From: Gemmatimonadota bacterium
Lineage (GTDB): Bacteria > Gemmatimonadota > Gemmatimonadetes > Longimicrobiales > Gaopeijiaceae
DNA length: 64,000 nt
Direction of reading: 5' to 3'
NCBI GenBank assembly: GCA_039589315.1
Contig: JBDHHQ010000009.1
Location: forward strand, 30,972-94,971
The first letter of the stretch is position 1, and every line of letters starts with the position of its first letter. This document shows, piece by piece, positions 1 to 9,884 of the stretch. The notes beneath the pieces are model-generated. The model made no database searches. It saw nothing but the letters and a program-made list of their open reading frames with translations, and had not been told where the DNA came from. A program made the translations under genes and the position numbers.

Positions 1-53
1 GCGCGCGCTTCGAGGCTTGCCGAGGTGGGCGTTTCAAGGGAGGGGAGCAGCCG

Positions 54-662
54 ATGTCGAGGGAACGGGAGATCGATGAGGTTCGCCGGCGCGACAGGAG
101 CAAGGACGAGGCGTGGATTCGAGCGTATCTTCAGGAAGCCCCTTTCGGCTTCTTGGCGACCGTGGACCAGGGCCAACCGTTCCTGAACTCGAATCTCTTC
201 GTTTACGTGGAGGAGGACCACGCGATCTACCTGCACACCCACCGCACCGGCAGGACCCGGGACAACCTCGCGGAGCCCCGGCCCGTGGCGTTTTCCGCGG
301 CCGAGATGGGCAGGCTGCTCCCTGCATCGGAAGCGTTGGAGTTCAGCGTCGAATACTCCGGCGTGGTGGCGTTCGGCACGGGCCGCGTCATCGAGGATCC
401 GGAGGAGGCCGAGCGAGCACTCCAACTGCTGCTCGACAAGTACGCTCCCCATCTGCGTCCCGGTCGGGACTATCGCCCCATCGTTCCCGAGGAGCTCGAG
501 CGGACCGCGGTCTACCGAGTGGACGTGGAGGCGTGGAGTGGGAAGAAGAAGGAGGCCGACGAGGCGTTCGTGGGTGCGTACCCGTATGGGGACCGCCAAC
601 GTCTGCGGGAGGAGCGTGAGGGGAAGCCCGAACGCGGAGACACCCCCGAAGGCGGGCGGTGA
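54..662 (+). CDS. Pyridoxamine 5'-phosphate oxidase-family (NimA-like) flavin-binding split-barrel protein
   Basis: RRRDRSKD N-terminus, GFLATVDQGQP, FSVEYSGVVAFG, LLDKYAP and WSGKK patterns; GGAGGGG RBS upstream. Confidence 0.8.
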   Translation: MSREREIDEVRRRDRSKDEAWIRAYLQEAPFGFLATVDQGQPFLNSNLFVYVEEDHAIYLHTHRTGRTRDNLAEPRPVAFSAAEMGRLLPASEALEFSVEYSGVVAFGTGRVIEDPEEAERALQLLLDKYAPHLRPGRDYRPIVPEELERTAVYRVDVEAWSGKKKEADEAFVGAYPYGDRQRLREEREGKPERGDTPEGGR

Positions 663-713
663 GGCCTCCATGAGCGGGGCTCTCCGACTTCGGCTTTGCC
701 CTCGGCGTCGGCC

Positions 714-1694
714 GTGAGTCGATCCCCGAGAGTCCTTGTGCTCTCCGCCGCCGACGCGGCGGCGGCCTTGAGCATGGAGGGAGCGATAGCCGCTCAACGG
801 GAGGCCTTCGGCCAGTTGGCGGCCGGCCAAGCCGTCATCCCGCTCCGGGCCGTGTTACCGGTCGCCGGAGGCACCACCCTGTTCATGCCCGGGTACCTCC
901 GGGCGTCGGGGGTGCTGGGCCTCAAGGTCGTATCGGTGATGCCCGGCAACCCCGCCCGGGACCTCCCGGCCGTGCCCGGTGCCACGCTGCTGCTCGACGA
1001 CGAGACGGGACTGCCCGTGGCTTTGCTCGACGCCGCCTACCTGACCGCTCTCCGAACAGCTGCGGGCTCGGGCCTCGCCACCGACCTGCTGGCTCCACCC
1101 GACGCGCATGTCCTCGCCGTCTTCGGGGCCGGGGCCCAGGCTCGGCAGCACATCCGAGCGATTCGCGCGGTTCGCCCCATTCGGGAGGTCCGCATCGTGT
1201 CCAGGCGGGAGGAGCGCTCTCGGGCGCTGGCCTCCGAGCTGACCGGTGTGGACGTGCGGACTGGAGACGACCCGGGCGCGGCAGTGGCCGGCGCGCAGGT
1301 GGTGGTGACGGCCACCAACAGCGCCAGCCCGGTCTTTCCGGGAGCGGCTCTGGACGTGGGGGCGCACGTGTGCGCCATCGGGGCTTACACCCCTCAGACC
1401 CGTGAGGTCGACGAGGAGGTGGTCTGCCGTGCACGCATCGTGGTGGACACGCGAGAGGGTGCTCTGAGCGAGGCGGGCGATCTCCTGATCCCGATGGAGC
1501 GGGGATTGTTGCGTGAAGGAGACATCGACGCGGAGCTCGGCGAGCTCGTGAACGGGGAACGACCGCCCGGCAACCTCGGACGCCCCGTCACCTTCTACAA
1601 GTCGGTGGGCAACGCGGCGCAGGACCTGGCCACCGCCCACAGGGTCGTCGAAGCCGCACGCTCGCGCGGACTGGGCACCCTGGCTCCACTGTAG
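714..1694 (+). CDS. Ornithine cyclodeaminase/mu-crystallin family protein
   Basis: GLKVVSV, LTALRTAAGS, Rossmann GAGAQA, YKSVGNAAQD; start GTG 714 or TTG 696. Confidence 0.88.
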   Translation: MSRSPRVLVLSAADAAAALSMEGAIAAQREAFGQLAAGQAVIPLRAVLPVAGGTTLFMPGYLRASGVLGLKVVSVMPGNPARDLPAVPGATLLLDDETGLPVALLDAAYLTALRTAAGSGLATDLLAPPDAHVLAVFGAGAQARQHIRAIRAVRPIREVRIVSRREERSRALASELTGVDVRTGDDPGAAVAGAQVVVTATNSASPVFPGAALDVGAHVCAIGAYTPQTREVDEEVVCRARIVVDTREGALSEAGDLLIPMERGLLREGDIDAELGELVNGERPPGNLGRPVTFYKSVGNAAQDLATAHRVVEAARSRGLGTLAPL

Positions 1695-1855
1695 ACGCCG
1701 ACGGACCTGGCGAGCGGCGGTTTCGGCCGCACGACCCTGGCTGGCCTGAGCCCCTTGACTCCCACGTGCGGGCGCGCGGGCTGCTCACCGCGTAACTTAC
1801 CGTGCACAGGAATGGCAGCGTAGCCCACCCCCCCTGCAGCCGACCACCGTTGGAG

Positions 1856-3454
1856 ATGACCGCTTCGGGTGAATTCTTCTCGGCGCTGATCCGAGCCTAC
1901 GATCTGGTAGGATCGAATCCGCCTCACCACCCGGCCGTGCGCGTGGCGCTCGCCGAGGCCGCGACGAAGTTGGAGGCGTGTCGTGATGCGGTTGCCGACG
2001 TCGGCCCGGAGGGGCTTTCAGTCGACGGAAGCTCAGTGTCGGAGGGCTCGGGCCCTTCAGCGTTGGCGAGGACGCTTCACCGGGCTGGCGTGATACGTGT
2101 TCACCTGCCCGGCGACGGGGGGGTGGAGGCGGTGGAGGAGCTCGTCCGGGCGGCGCGAGTCGCCGAGGGCCAGCGGGACGCCGGGGCTGCGGCGCTGCGG
2201 AGGCTCGCGGCGGCGGGCCTCGAGCTCGTGTTCGACGCGACGACAGGCATCTTAGGCCCGGAACCCGCCCTTCCGATCGGCCCGCACCTCTCGACGCGCC
2301 ACTTCGAGGGGCCTCGGCCCGCGAACGATCCGTCGGACCGGCCACGCCCGCCGACGGACGACGGGCACGCGTCCGAGCGAGGCGACCCGCGGCTCGCCCG
2401 GGCCGCGGCCGCCCTCTTCGGCGGCGCGGCGCGAACGGACCAGCGTGGCGTGGACGCGGGGCCCTCCGAACCCGGCTCCCGGATGGGGCCCGGGCTCGAC
2501 GGGGGATTGGAGGAGGCCGTGGAAGCCTACGCCACCCACCTGGATGAAGGCCTGATGGACATCATCGTCGAAACGGTGGCCGGGCTGGGGTCGGGCGAAG
2601 AGCTCGACCGGGCGCTGGCCGCCATGTCGACGTTGGTTCGCGCGGCGGACCAGGGCGCCGAGGATCCACGACTCGTGTTGGCGCGCCGCCTGGGGCGGTC
2701 CGAGGTGCTCGCTCATCTGGCTCGGGCGCTGGTGGCCCGCGAGCTGGACCGTTTCGACCAGCTCATGGACCTGGCCGCCGCGCTGGGTCCGGACATGGGA
2801 GAGGTGCTGGCGCAAGCGCTGGTGGACGAGAGCGACCGGTCCCACAGAGAGAGCTACCTCGAGGCGTTGCGCAGCCTGGGTGGGGACGCGTCAGGTGCCG
2901 TCGAGGACCTGATCGGCGACGCTCGGTGGTTCGTCGTCCGCAATGGCGTGCAGCTCCTTCCGGACGTGGCCGGAGGCCGGGCCGTGGAGCACCTGGCGGG
3001 AGCGCTGGGGCACCATGACCCCAGGGTGCGGAGCGAGGCCGCCCGGTCACTCGCGCGCGTGTCAGGCGACCGTGCCGTTCGCCTGCTGCTGACGGTGCTC
3101 GACGACCCCGACGAGCCGGTCCGATCGGCCGCCGCCGAGGCGCTGGGGACAGCGGGGGGGCGGGAGGTCGTGCCGGCCCTGCTCGACCGACTCGGGGTCG
3201 AGACCGAGGCCCCCGTGCAAATCGACATCCTCCGGTCGCTCGGTCGAATCGGAGACCCCCGCGCGGTGCATTCGGTGAGCCGGAGGGCGACCGCGGGCTC
3301 GTTCTCGGTCGGCCACACCGACGTCCGCCTGGCCGCTCTGCGCGCGCTGTGGGCGCTGGGGACCCCCGAGGCCCGGACGGTCGTGATGCAAGCGCTGGAA
3401 GACCCCGATCCCGACGTGCGGGGCGCCGCTCGCACCTTGCTCGGCGGCCACTGA
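1856..3454 (+). CDS. HEAT-repeat (PBS lyase-like) protein
   Basis: Repeated DxRWFVVRN, DPRVRSEAARSL, DPDEPVRSAAAEALG, DPDPDVRGAA units in the C-terminal half; start uncertain (1802 or 1856). Confidence 0.8.
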   Translation: MTASGEFFSALIRAYDLVGSNPPHHPAVRVALAEAATKLEACRDAVADVGPEGLSVDGSSVSEGSGPSALARTLHRAGVIRVHLPGDGGVEAVEELVRAARVAEGQRDAGAAALRRLAAAGLELVFDATTGILGPEPALPIGPHLSTRHFEGPRPANDPSDRPRPPTDDGHASERGDPRLARAAAALFGGAARTDQRGVDAGPSEPGSRMGPGLDGGLEEAVEAYATHLDEGLMDIIVETVAGLGSGEELDRALAAMSTLVRAADQGAEDPRLVLARRLGRSEVLAHLARALVARELDRFDQLMDLAAALGPDMGEVLAQALVDESDRSHRESYLEALRSLGGDASGAVEDLIGDARWFVVRNGVQLLPDVAGGRAVEHLAGALGHHDPRVRSEAARSLARVSGDRAVRLLLTVLDDPDEPVRSAAAEALGTAGGREVVPALLDRLGVETEAPVQIDILRSLGRIGDPRAVHSVSRRATAGSFSVGHTDVRLAALRALWALGTPEARTVVMQALEDPDPDVRGAARTLLGGH

Positions 3455-3497
3455 CGTCTTGGTTGCCGTGACGCTTGTCGCCGCGGGGCAGCCCCCC

Positions 3498-4607
3498 TCA
3501 GGCGACCCCTAGCGCTCGTCGTAGGCCGTCCAGGAAGCGGACGCCCTCCCAGGCGAAACGGAGCCGGGCCCCCGCGGAGTGAGGCTGTGAGTGGGCGAAC
3601 AGTCCGGTGACGAAGGCCGAGACGTCAGCGTCCTTCGGGAAGCGGCGAGCGAGGCGCAGGGTCTCCGTGTACGGAATCAGACGGTCCTCACGGCCATGGA
3701 CGAGACGGACCGGCACCGGCACGCGGTCGAGAACGGGCCCGGGATCGAGGGCCGGAGCCGCTCGGCGGGCGGCTCGTGCCAGCTCGACGGCCAGCCGCTC
3801 GGCGTGGCGCTCCTCCGGCTTGTCTCCCGGAGGGGGCGCGAACAGGTCGAAGAGCGGTCGCCGCGTGGGAGCGATGTCCTGGCGGAGCGAAACTTTGACC
3901 GGGTCGTAGACGGGGCTGCTGGCCTCGACCCGGCGATCGCCCGCTTCTGCCGCCAAGCGCCGCAGGGCCTCCGCCACGTCCTCGGCGCCCTCGTGGCCTG
4001 GGATCCCGGTGAGGTAGTTGGCGCCGACCACCCATCGCCCATAGGGGTCGGGCTCGAGCCGCTCCTCGCGGCCGGCCCACTCGTGCCGTCCGGTGAACTG
4101 GAACCGCATGGTGCGCTCCAGGTCGCAGTAGCCGCCGAAGCCCACCACACCCGCGAGGTGACCGGCCATGCTGGGGTCCGCGGCAGCGGCGATGCCCGTT
4201 GGGGCGCCGAAGGAGAACCCCACCAACCCCGTCCGGCCCGGCACCGTCTCGGGGCGTGCGTCCAGGGCCAGGATCGAGGCCCGGATCGTGGGCACCACGG
4301 TGGCCGGCGAGAGGCGGAGCGCCCGCCACTCGGGGACGTCCGGCACGAGGACGGCTGCGCCCGTGGTAGCCACCGAGCGGGCGAAGCGGAGGAGAGACGG
4401 GTGAAGGCGACCGGGCCGCGTGATCCCATGGAGCACGACCCAACCCGGCAAGCCGGCCCGGCGGCCGGCGGGGAGGAAGAACGTGCCCGGGACGATCGTC
4501 CCGTCGCGATCGATCTCGACCTCCGACTCGTCCACGTCCCAGCGGCTGCTGACCCACCCTCGGGCGAAGCGCACGGAGCGCACCCATTCGGAGCAGAGCT
4601 TGAGCAT
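3498..4607 (-). CDS. Alpha/beta-hydrolase fold protein
   Basis: VVLHG, nucleophile elbow GFSFG, LVHGREDRLIP, C-terminal FAHS. Confidence 0.72.
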   Translation of the reverse strand: MLKLCSEWVRSVRFARGWVSSRWDVDESEVEIDRDGTIVPGTFFLPAGRRAGLPGWVVLHGITRPGRLHPSLLRFARSVATTGAAVLVPDVPEWRALRLSPATVVPTIRASILALDARPETVPGRTGLVGFSFGAPTGIAAAADPSMAGHLAGVVGFGGYCDLERTMRFQFTGRHEWAGREERLEPDPYGRWVVGANYLTGIPGHEGAEDVAEALRRLAAEAGDRRVEASSPVYDPVKVSLRQDIAPTRRPLFDLFAPPPGDKPEERHAERLAVELARAARRAAPALDPGPVLDRVPVPVRLVHGREDRLIPYTETLRLARRFPKDADVSAFVTGLFAHSQPHSAGARLRFAWEGVRFLDGLRRALGVA

Positions 4608-4742
4608 GGCGCCGGAAGGTAGAGTCGTGCCTTGCGCGGTGGCCAGCTACGGGGCCAATTCCGGCATCGGCCCGAGCGGTGGATGGGGAGGCCCAGGGGT
4701 GCCGGCGCCTCGAGACCGATTCCGGGCCGTGGAAGGGTCTCG

Positions 4743-6029
4743 ATGCGTAGAAGAGAGTTCGTCGGTCTGCTCGGCGGCGGGGTCGTGGCGTGGCCCCGTG
4801 CCCTGGAAGGGTTCGCACGCCGGCTCGAAGGCGGCGGTGCACCCGACGACGAGCCGTTCTGGGAGTTCGTGCGGGGCCAGTTCTCGATCCCGCCCGATCG
4901 GATCTACCTGAACAACGGCACGCTGGGGCCGGCCCCTCGTCTGGTTCTGGACGCCACCTTCGAGCACGAGCGAGGCGTCGCCGCCACGCTTCCGCCCGGC
5001 GTGGACTGGGACGCCCTCAAATCCGCAATGTCCGAGCTCCTGGGCGGGGACCCTGCGGGTTGGGTCTTCCCCCGGAACACCACGGAGGCCATGAGCTTCG
5101 TCGCACACGGGCTCGATGTCGGGCCGGGTGACGAGATCGTGACCACCGACCACGAGCACATCGGTGGCGATTCGGCCTGGGAGCTCCTGGCTGCTCGCAG
5201 GCGGGCCGTGTTGAAGCGGGCGTCTCTGCCGGCACCGGCAAGGGAGCCCGAGGACCTGCTCGGGCCGGTGCTTGCCGAAGTGGGTCCCCGCACGAAGGTG
5301 GTCAGCGTCTCCCACGTGACGTTCACGACCGGCACCGTTCTACCCGTGGCCTCTTTGGCGGAGCGGCTCCGGGACACGGGTGCCGTGCTCGTCGTCGACG
5401 GAGCGCACCCGCCGGGCATGCTGGACGTGGACCTGGGCACCCTCGGCACGGACTTCTACGCGTCCTCGCCCCACAAATGGCTTCTGGCTCCCCAGGGTAC
5501 GGGCCTCCTCCACATCGCTTCTGATTGGCAGGAACGGCTCTGGCCCACGTTGGCCTCCGGCGGTTGGGACGATGCGACCCTTGGCGCGCACCGTCTGAAC
5601 CACCTCGGCACCATCGACGAATCGCGGCTGGCGGGTCTGGCCGCGGCGGTGGGGTTCCACCTCGCGCTGGGCCCGCAACGGGTGGAGGGGCGGATTCGCC
5701 ATCTGCGGGGGCTCCTGCAGGAGGGGCTCGCCGCCGTCGCCGATCTCGACATTGTCTCACCCCTGGTGCCGGAGCTCCAATCCGGCATGATCTCCTTCGA
5801 CATCGCCGGTGTGGACTCGCTGGCGCTCCAGCGGTATCTGGCTCGAGCCGCCAACGTGCGAACGCGGGTCATCGGCGAATACGACTACGGCTGGATGAGG
5901 CTGTCGACCCACGTCTACAACTCCCCGGCCGAGCTCGAGCGCGTGGTGGCGCTGATCGCGAGGGCAGCTCGTGAGGGCGTCGGAGCGGAACACCCCGAGG
6001 ACACAACCGTACGAACCGGTCGTATATGA
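4743..6029 (+). CDS. Class V PLP-dependent aminotransferase-family enzyme (isopenicillin N epimerase-like) with Tat-type signal
   Basis: MRRREFVGLLGGG twin-arginine motif; YLNNGTLG, RNTTEA, TDHEH, VDGAH, PLP lysine in SPHKWL, RLSTHVYN. Confidence 0.85.
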   Translation: MRRREFVGLLGGGVVAWPRALEGFARRLEGGGAPDDEPFWEFVRGQFSIPPDRIYLNNGTLGPAPRLVLDATFEHERGVAATLPPGVDWDALKSAMSELLGGDPAGWVFPRNTTEAMSFVAHGLDVGPGDEIVTTDHEHIGGDSAWELLAARRRAVLKRASLPAPAREPEDLLGPVLAEVGPRTKVVSVSHVTFTTGTVLPVASLAERLRDTGAVLVVDGAHPPGMLDVDLGTLGTDFYASSPHKWLLAPQGTGLLHIASDWQERLWPTLASGGWDDATLGAHRLNHLGTIDESRLAGLAAAVGFHLALGPQRVEGRIRHLRGLLQEGLAAVADLDIVSPLVPELQSGMISFDIAGVDSLALQRYLARAANVRTRVIGEYDYGWMRLSTHVYNSPAELERVVALIARAAREGVGAEHPEDTTVRTGRI

Positions 6030-6078
6030 CTACGCGACCCCTCCGCCTCCGGGCTTCCTTCCACCCCCCACGCGCTTG

Positions 6079-7584
6079 ATGGCTCGAGCCGCTTCGGCCT
6101 GGACCTCGATCGTGGCGCTCATGCTCGTGGCGCCCGCCTCCGCCTGGGCGCAAGACGAGACCGGCTTCGAGCAACCCCGAGCGATCTGGACCGTGGAGGT
6201 GGGAGCCGGTGCCCGCGCGCCCACGACGCTCTACAACGAGTTCATCGTGCGTCGCGAGAGCGCAGACTCGGTGCTCCGCACGCGCTGGGAGGAGAACACC
6301 GACCTGGGATGGGAGAGCCGAGCGGGCATGCGCTACAATCCCGAGGGGGGTGTGGGGCTGTTCTTCGGGGGGTTCGTCGGCGGTGCGAGCACCACCGCCA
6401 GCTTCTCCGGCGGCCTCGAGGCTCCCGAGCGAATCCGCAGAAGCGTCACCTACTCGGGGCTGGACTTCGGCCTGACCATGCGGCTCAGTCACTGGTCACA
6501 GGGTCGGGGCGTCCTGAGCTACCACCTCGGCGGTGTGCTCCAACGAGCCGTGATCGACCTGACCTCGGGACACAGGGATGCGCTCGCCTACTTCCGCGAC
6601 GCGCCCCAGCAGGAGATCGACTGGGAATCCCGGACATCGACCAGCTGGGGCTTGAACCTGGGCGTGACACTCCGCTCACCGATCTCGGAGCGGTGGAGCT
6701 TCCGCGCCACCTTCAAGGACCTCATCCTCCCCACCAACACCACGTCCTTGGCCGAGCAGGAGATGGAGGACATCGAGACCTTCACCGGCCGTGACGTGAG
6801 GGTCTCCCTGCACCGGTACACATCACACAACCTGTCGTTGGCGGTGGGCGTGGAGTACACCCTGGGGTGGGGACGGCCTCGCCGGGACGTAATCCGGCGG
6901 GCTCCACAGCCCGACGCGCCGCCCGAGGTCGATCCCGCGGTGAGGAACGCGACGAGGCTGGCCGCAGACGGCGACACGGCAGCGGCCGTGGCCGCCTTGG
7001 AGCACCGTGTGAGCGTGGAGCCGCGGGACGCCTTCGCGTGGCGCGAGCTCGCTCTTCTGCGCGCGCCCCGGGCGGAGGACGACCCGACGGTACGGCCCGA
7101 GGCTCTCGCGACCCTGGAGCGAGCGCTCAACATGAACCCGGGCGACACGGAGCTCCTGCGGGCGTACGGTCGTCTGCGCGGTCTCACCGAACGCGCCGGG
7201 CGGACGCCCGAAGCCGAGGCCGTGTCTCGGGTCGAGCTGTCGTCGCTGTCGGTGAGCACCGGGTCGGACGGCGCCGTCCGGGTGGCCTTCGCCGTCCGCG
7301 GGCTCACGGCGACGCTGGACGGGCAACATCGCTACGAGTCCGCCGTTGAGGTCTTCGCCGAGGACGGGTCGTCGGTTCCGATCCGTGCGGGCCTGGCTCC
7401 CCTGCACGAGGGCGACGGCAACGAGCTGCTCATGCTGGGGGCCGCCGCCGAGCTCCCCCTGTCCCTCTCGCTCGATTTCTTCCTCGCCCGGCCGGACCCC
7501 GGCTTCTATACTGTGCGCGTCCGGCTGACCGACCTGGAGACCGGGGCGCGGCAGGAAGCCACGGAGGGCTTCGAGCTCCCCTGA
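6079..7584 (+). CDS. Exported protein: predicted outer-membrane beta-barrel, TPR-like helices and C-terminal Ig-like domain
   Basis: Signal peptide ...ASAWA|QD; amphipathic strands ending LSLAVGVEYTLGW; TPR-like segments (VSVEPRDAFAWRELA, LERALNMNPGDTELL); C-terminal PGFYTVRVRLTDLETG...FELP. Confidence 0.6.
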   Translation: MARAASAWTSIVALMLVAPASAWAQDETGFEQPRAIWTVEVGAGARAPTTLYNEFIVRRESADSVLRTRWEENTDLGWESRAGMRYNPEGGVGLFFGGFVGGASTTASFSGGLEAPERIRRSVTYSGLDFGLTMRLSHWSQGRGVLSYHLGGVLQRAVIDLTSGHRDALAYFRDAPQQEIDWESRTSTSWGLNLGVTLRSPISERWSFRATFKDLILPTNTTSLAEQEMEDIETFTGRDVRVSLHRYTSHNLSLAVGVEYTLGWGRPRRDVIRRAPQPDAPPEVDPAVRNATRLAADGDTAAAVAALEHRVSVEPRDAFAWRELALLRAPRAEDDPTVRPEALATLERALNMNPGDTELLRAYGRLRGLTERAGRTPEAEAVSRVELSSLSVSTGSDGAVRVAFAVRGLTATLDGQHRYESAVEVFAEDGSSVPIRAGLAPLHEGDGNELLMLGAAAELPLSLSLDFFLARPDPGFYTVRVRLTDLETGARQEATEGFELP

Positions 7585-7675
7585 GCAGTGGAACGCGGCT
7601 TGGCCGCGCCACCGAGCGCCGCACGCTCTCCCGCCCCGGGCTCGGGCCTTCACACACGCCGAAACAGCTGAGCGC

Positions 7676-9862
7676 ATGACGGAACACCGACCCCCGTACG
7701 TCAGCGCGGCCACGGCGGCCGTGGCGATCTTCGGCCTGTACGCGCTGACCCTGGCGCCGAGCACGGGCTTCTGGGACGCCAGCGAGTACATCGCGACCGC
7801 CCACATCGTGGGCATCCCCCACCCGCCCGGGAACCCCCTGTTCGTGATCCTGGCTCGCACCTGGAGCCTTCTCCTCGCGCCGTTCGGTCTCCCGGTGGCC
7901 GTTCGCGTCAACCTGTTTGCCGCTGCCACGAGCGCGGCGGCGTTCTTCTTCTTCTTCCTGATCGCCGACCGGATCCTCCTGGAGGGGGTCGAGGAAACGT
8001 GGGTACGCAGAGTCGGCGCGGCCACCGCGGTCCTGATCGGCGCGACGGCCTATACCATGTGGAGCCAGTCGACGGTGAACGAGAAGGTGTACACCGTCAG
8101 CGTCATGATCATCGCCGCCTCGAGCTGGCTGGTGGTGCGGTGGCGGGACCTGAAGGGAACGCGTCGGGGCATGCAGGCCCTTCTCGGGGCGTTCTACCTG
8201 ATGGCCCTCGGCTCTTCGAACCACCTGATGTCGGTACTGCCGGCTCCCGCCATCGTCGTCTTTCTGCTGATGTCGGGGCCGGCGGTCCTCCTGACGGGAG
8301 GCTTCTGGGCGCGCGCCGCACCGTTGGCGGTGTTGGCCATGTCCTTCAACCTGGTCCTTCCCGTTCGGGCGGCGCAGCGTCCCGTGATCAACGAGGCCGA
8401 TCCGGTGTGCGCGACGCTGCCGTCGGCTGCCGTGGCGGTCTTCTCGCAGGGCCGCGCCGGATGTCCCGCTCTGGCCGCCGCGCTGGCCCGGAAGCAGTAC
8501 CAGAAGCCACCGTTGAGCCAACGGCAGGCCCCCCTACGGGCGCAGCTCGCCAATTACCTCCAATACTTCGATTGGCAATGGGCCCGGGGCCTGTTCGCGA
8601 GCGAGACCCCCGGCGGGCCCAGAACCCCGGTCACCTTGCTCTTCACGGTGCTCGCCGCGATGGGTCTCTGGTTCACCTGGCGGGCGGACCGAGCCCTCTT
8701 CGCGTACGTGGCTACCCTGTTGGGGACGCTCACGGTGGCCCTCGTCTACTATCTGAACTTCAGGTTCGGCTACTCCCTCAGCCCGGAGGTGGCCGACCCC
8801 CTGCTGCACGAGGTCCGGGAGCGGGACTACTTCTTCGTGGCCAGCTTCGCCCTGTGGGGCGTGTTGGCCGGGATCGGGCTCACCGGGGCTTGGACCTTCT
8901 TGTCGGACCGCCTCGGGCCACGGGGAGCCGTGCTGGCAACGCCGGTGATGATCATCGCCCTGTTCCCGTTGGCCTTCAATGCCCGGTGGGCGAGCCGATC
9001 CGGTGACTACGCCGCCCGGGACTGGGCGTACAATCTGCTCATGAGCGTGGAGCCGTACGGCGTCCTCTTCACCAACGGCGACAACGACACGTTCCCGCTC
9101 TGGTATCTGCAGGAGGTGGAGGGCATTCGTCGCGACGTGACCGTCGTGGTGGTCCAGTACCTCTATACCGACTGGTACCCCCGTCAGCTGCAGGACCTCT
9201 CGCGGCCCGAGAACCAGCGGGCCTACCGGTCCGAGGTCGAGGGTCTCTACATCGATCCCGTCTCCCCGCCGAGTCGTCCGATCATGGCGATGGACCCCCA
9301 GGTCATGGACGCGGTGAGGGGCGGCTCGACGGGCGAGGACTTCACGGTGTCCCTGGGCACCGTGGCCGTCACCTACCCGGAAGGAACCTACCTGGACCGG
9401 GCGCAGCAGCTCACTCTGACGATCCTCCAGGACAGCCTCGGCGACCGCCCGGTCTACTTCGCCAGCACCACCGGGTTCATGGACGGCCTCGGCATCAGTG
9501 ACTGGGGCACCCGCCAGGGCCTGGCGTCGAGGCTGGACCCACGGCCCCCCGACGAGGCTCCGCCTCCCGGCGTGGTCAAGATCGACGAACGGTATGGGGG
9601 AGAATGGGTCGACTACGAGCGAACGCTCCGCTTGGTGGGAGAGGTCTTCTCCTACCGGGGCCTCCGAGACCGGGACGTCTGGGCCGACCGCTCGACCCTG
9701 AACATCCCCTGGCACTTCTACGTGCTGCACGTCCAGACTGCAGATGCCGCTCTGCAATCGGGCGAGGCCGCCCAGGGGGAGCTCATCCAGCGGCTGCTCG
9801 CGGACGCCGAGGGCTTCCTGCTGACGGCCCAGGGCGGGCGACTGGGCACCCCGGGGGACTGA
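7676..9862 (+). CDS. DUF2723 / TMEM260-like GT-C membrane protein (putative protein O-glycosyltransferase)
   Basis: FWDASEYIATAHIVGIPHPPGNPLF, EVRERDYFF, LFTNGDNDTFPLWYLQEVEGIRRDV; about 10-12 hydrophobic segments followed by a soluble C-terminal domain. Confidence 0.85.
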   Translation: MTEHRPPYVSAATAAVAIFGLYALTLAPSTGFWDASEYIATAHIVGIPHPPGNPLFVILARTWSLLLAPFGLPVAVRVNLFAAATSAAAFFFFFLIADRILLEGVEETWVRRVGAATAVLIGATAYTMWSQSTVNEKVYTVSVMIIAASSWLVVRWRDLKGTRRGMQALLGAFYLMALGSSNHLMSVLPAPAIVVFLLMSGPAVLLTGGFWARAAPLAVLAMSFNLVLPVRAAQRPVINEADPVCATLPSAAVAVFSQGRAGCPALAAALARKQYQKPPLSQRQAPLRAQLANYLQYFDWQWARGLFASETPGGPRTPVTLLFTVLAAMGLWFTWRADRALFAYVATLLGTLTVALVYYLNFRFGYSLSPEVADPLLHEVRERDYFFVASFALWGVLAGIGLTGAWTFLSDRLGPRGAVLATPVMIIALFPLAFNARWASRSGDYAARDWAYNLLMSVEPYGVLFTNGDNDTFPLWYLQEVEGIRRDVTVVVVQYLYTDWYPRQLQDLSRPENQRAYRSEVEGLYIDPVSPPSRPIMAMDPQVMDAVRGGSTGEDFTVSLGTVAVTYPEGTYLDRAQQLTLTILQDSLGDRPVYFASTTGFMDGLGISDWGTRQGLASRLDPRPPDEAPPPGVVKIDERYGGEWVDYERTLRLVGEVFSYRGLRDRDVWADRSTLNIPWHFYVLHVQTADAALQSGEAAQGELIQRLLADAEGFLLTAQGGRLGTPGD

Positions 9863-9884
9863 GGCTGCATCTACCGAGGAAGCC

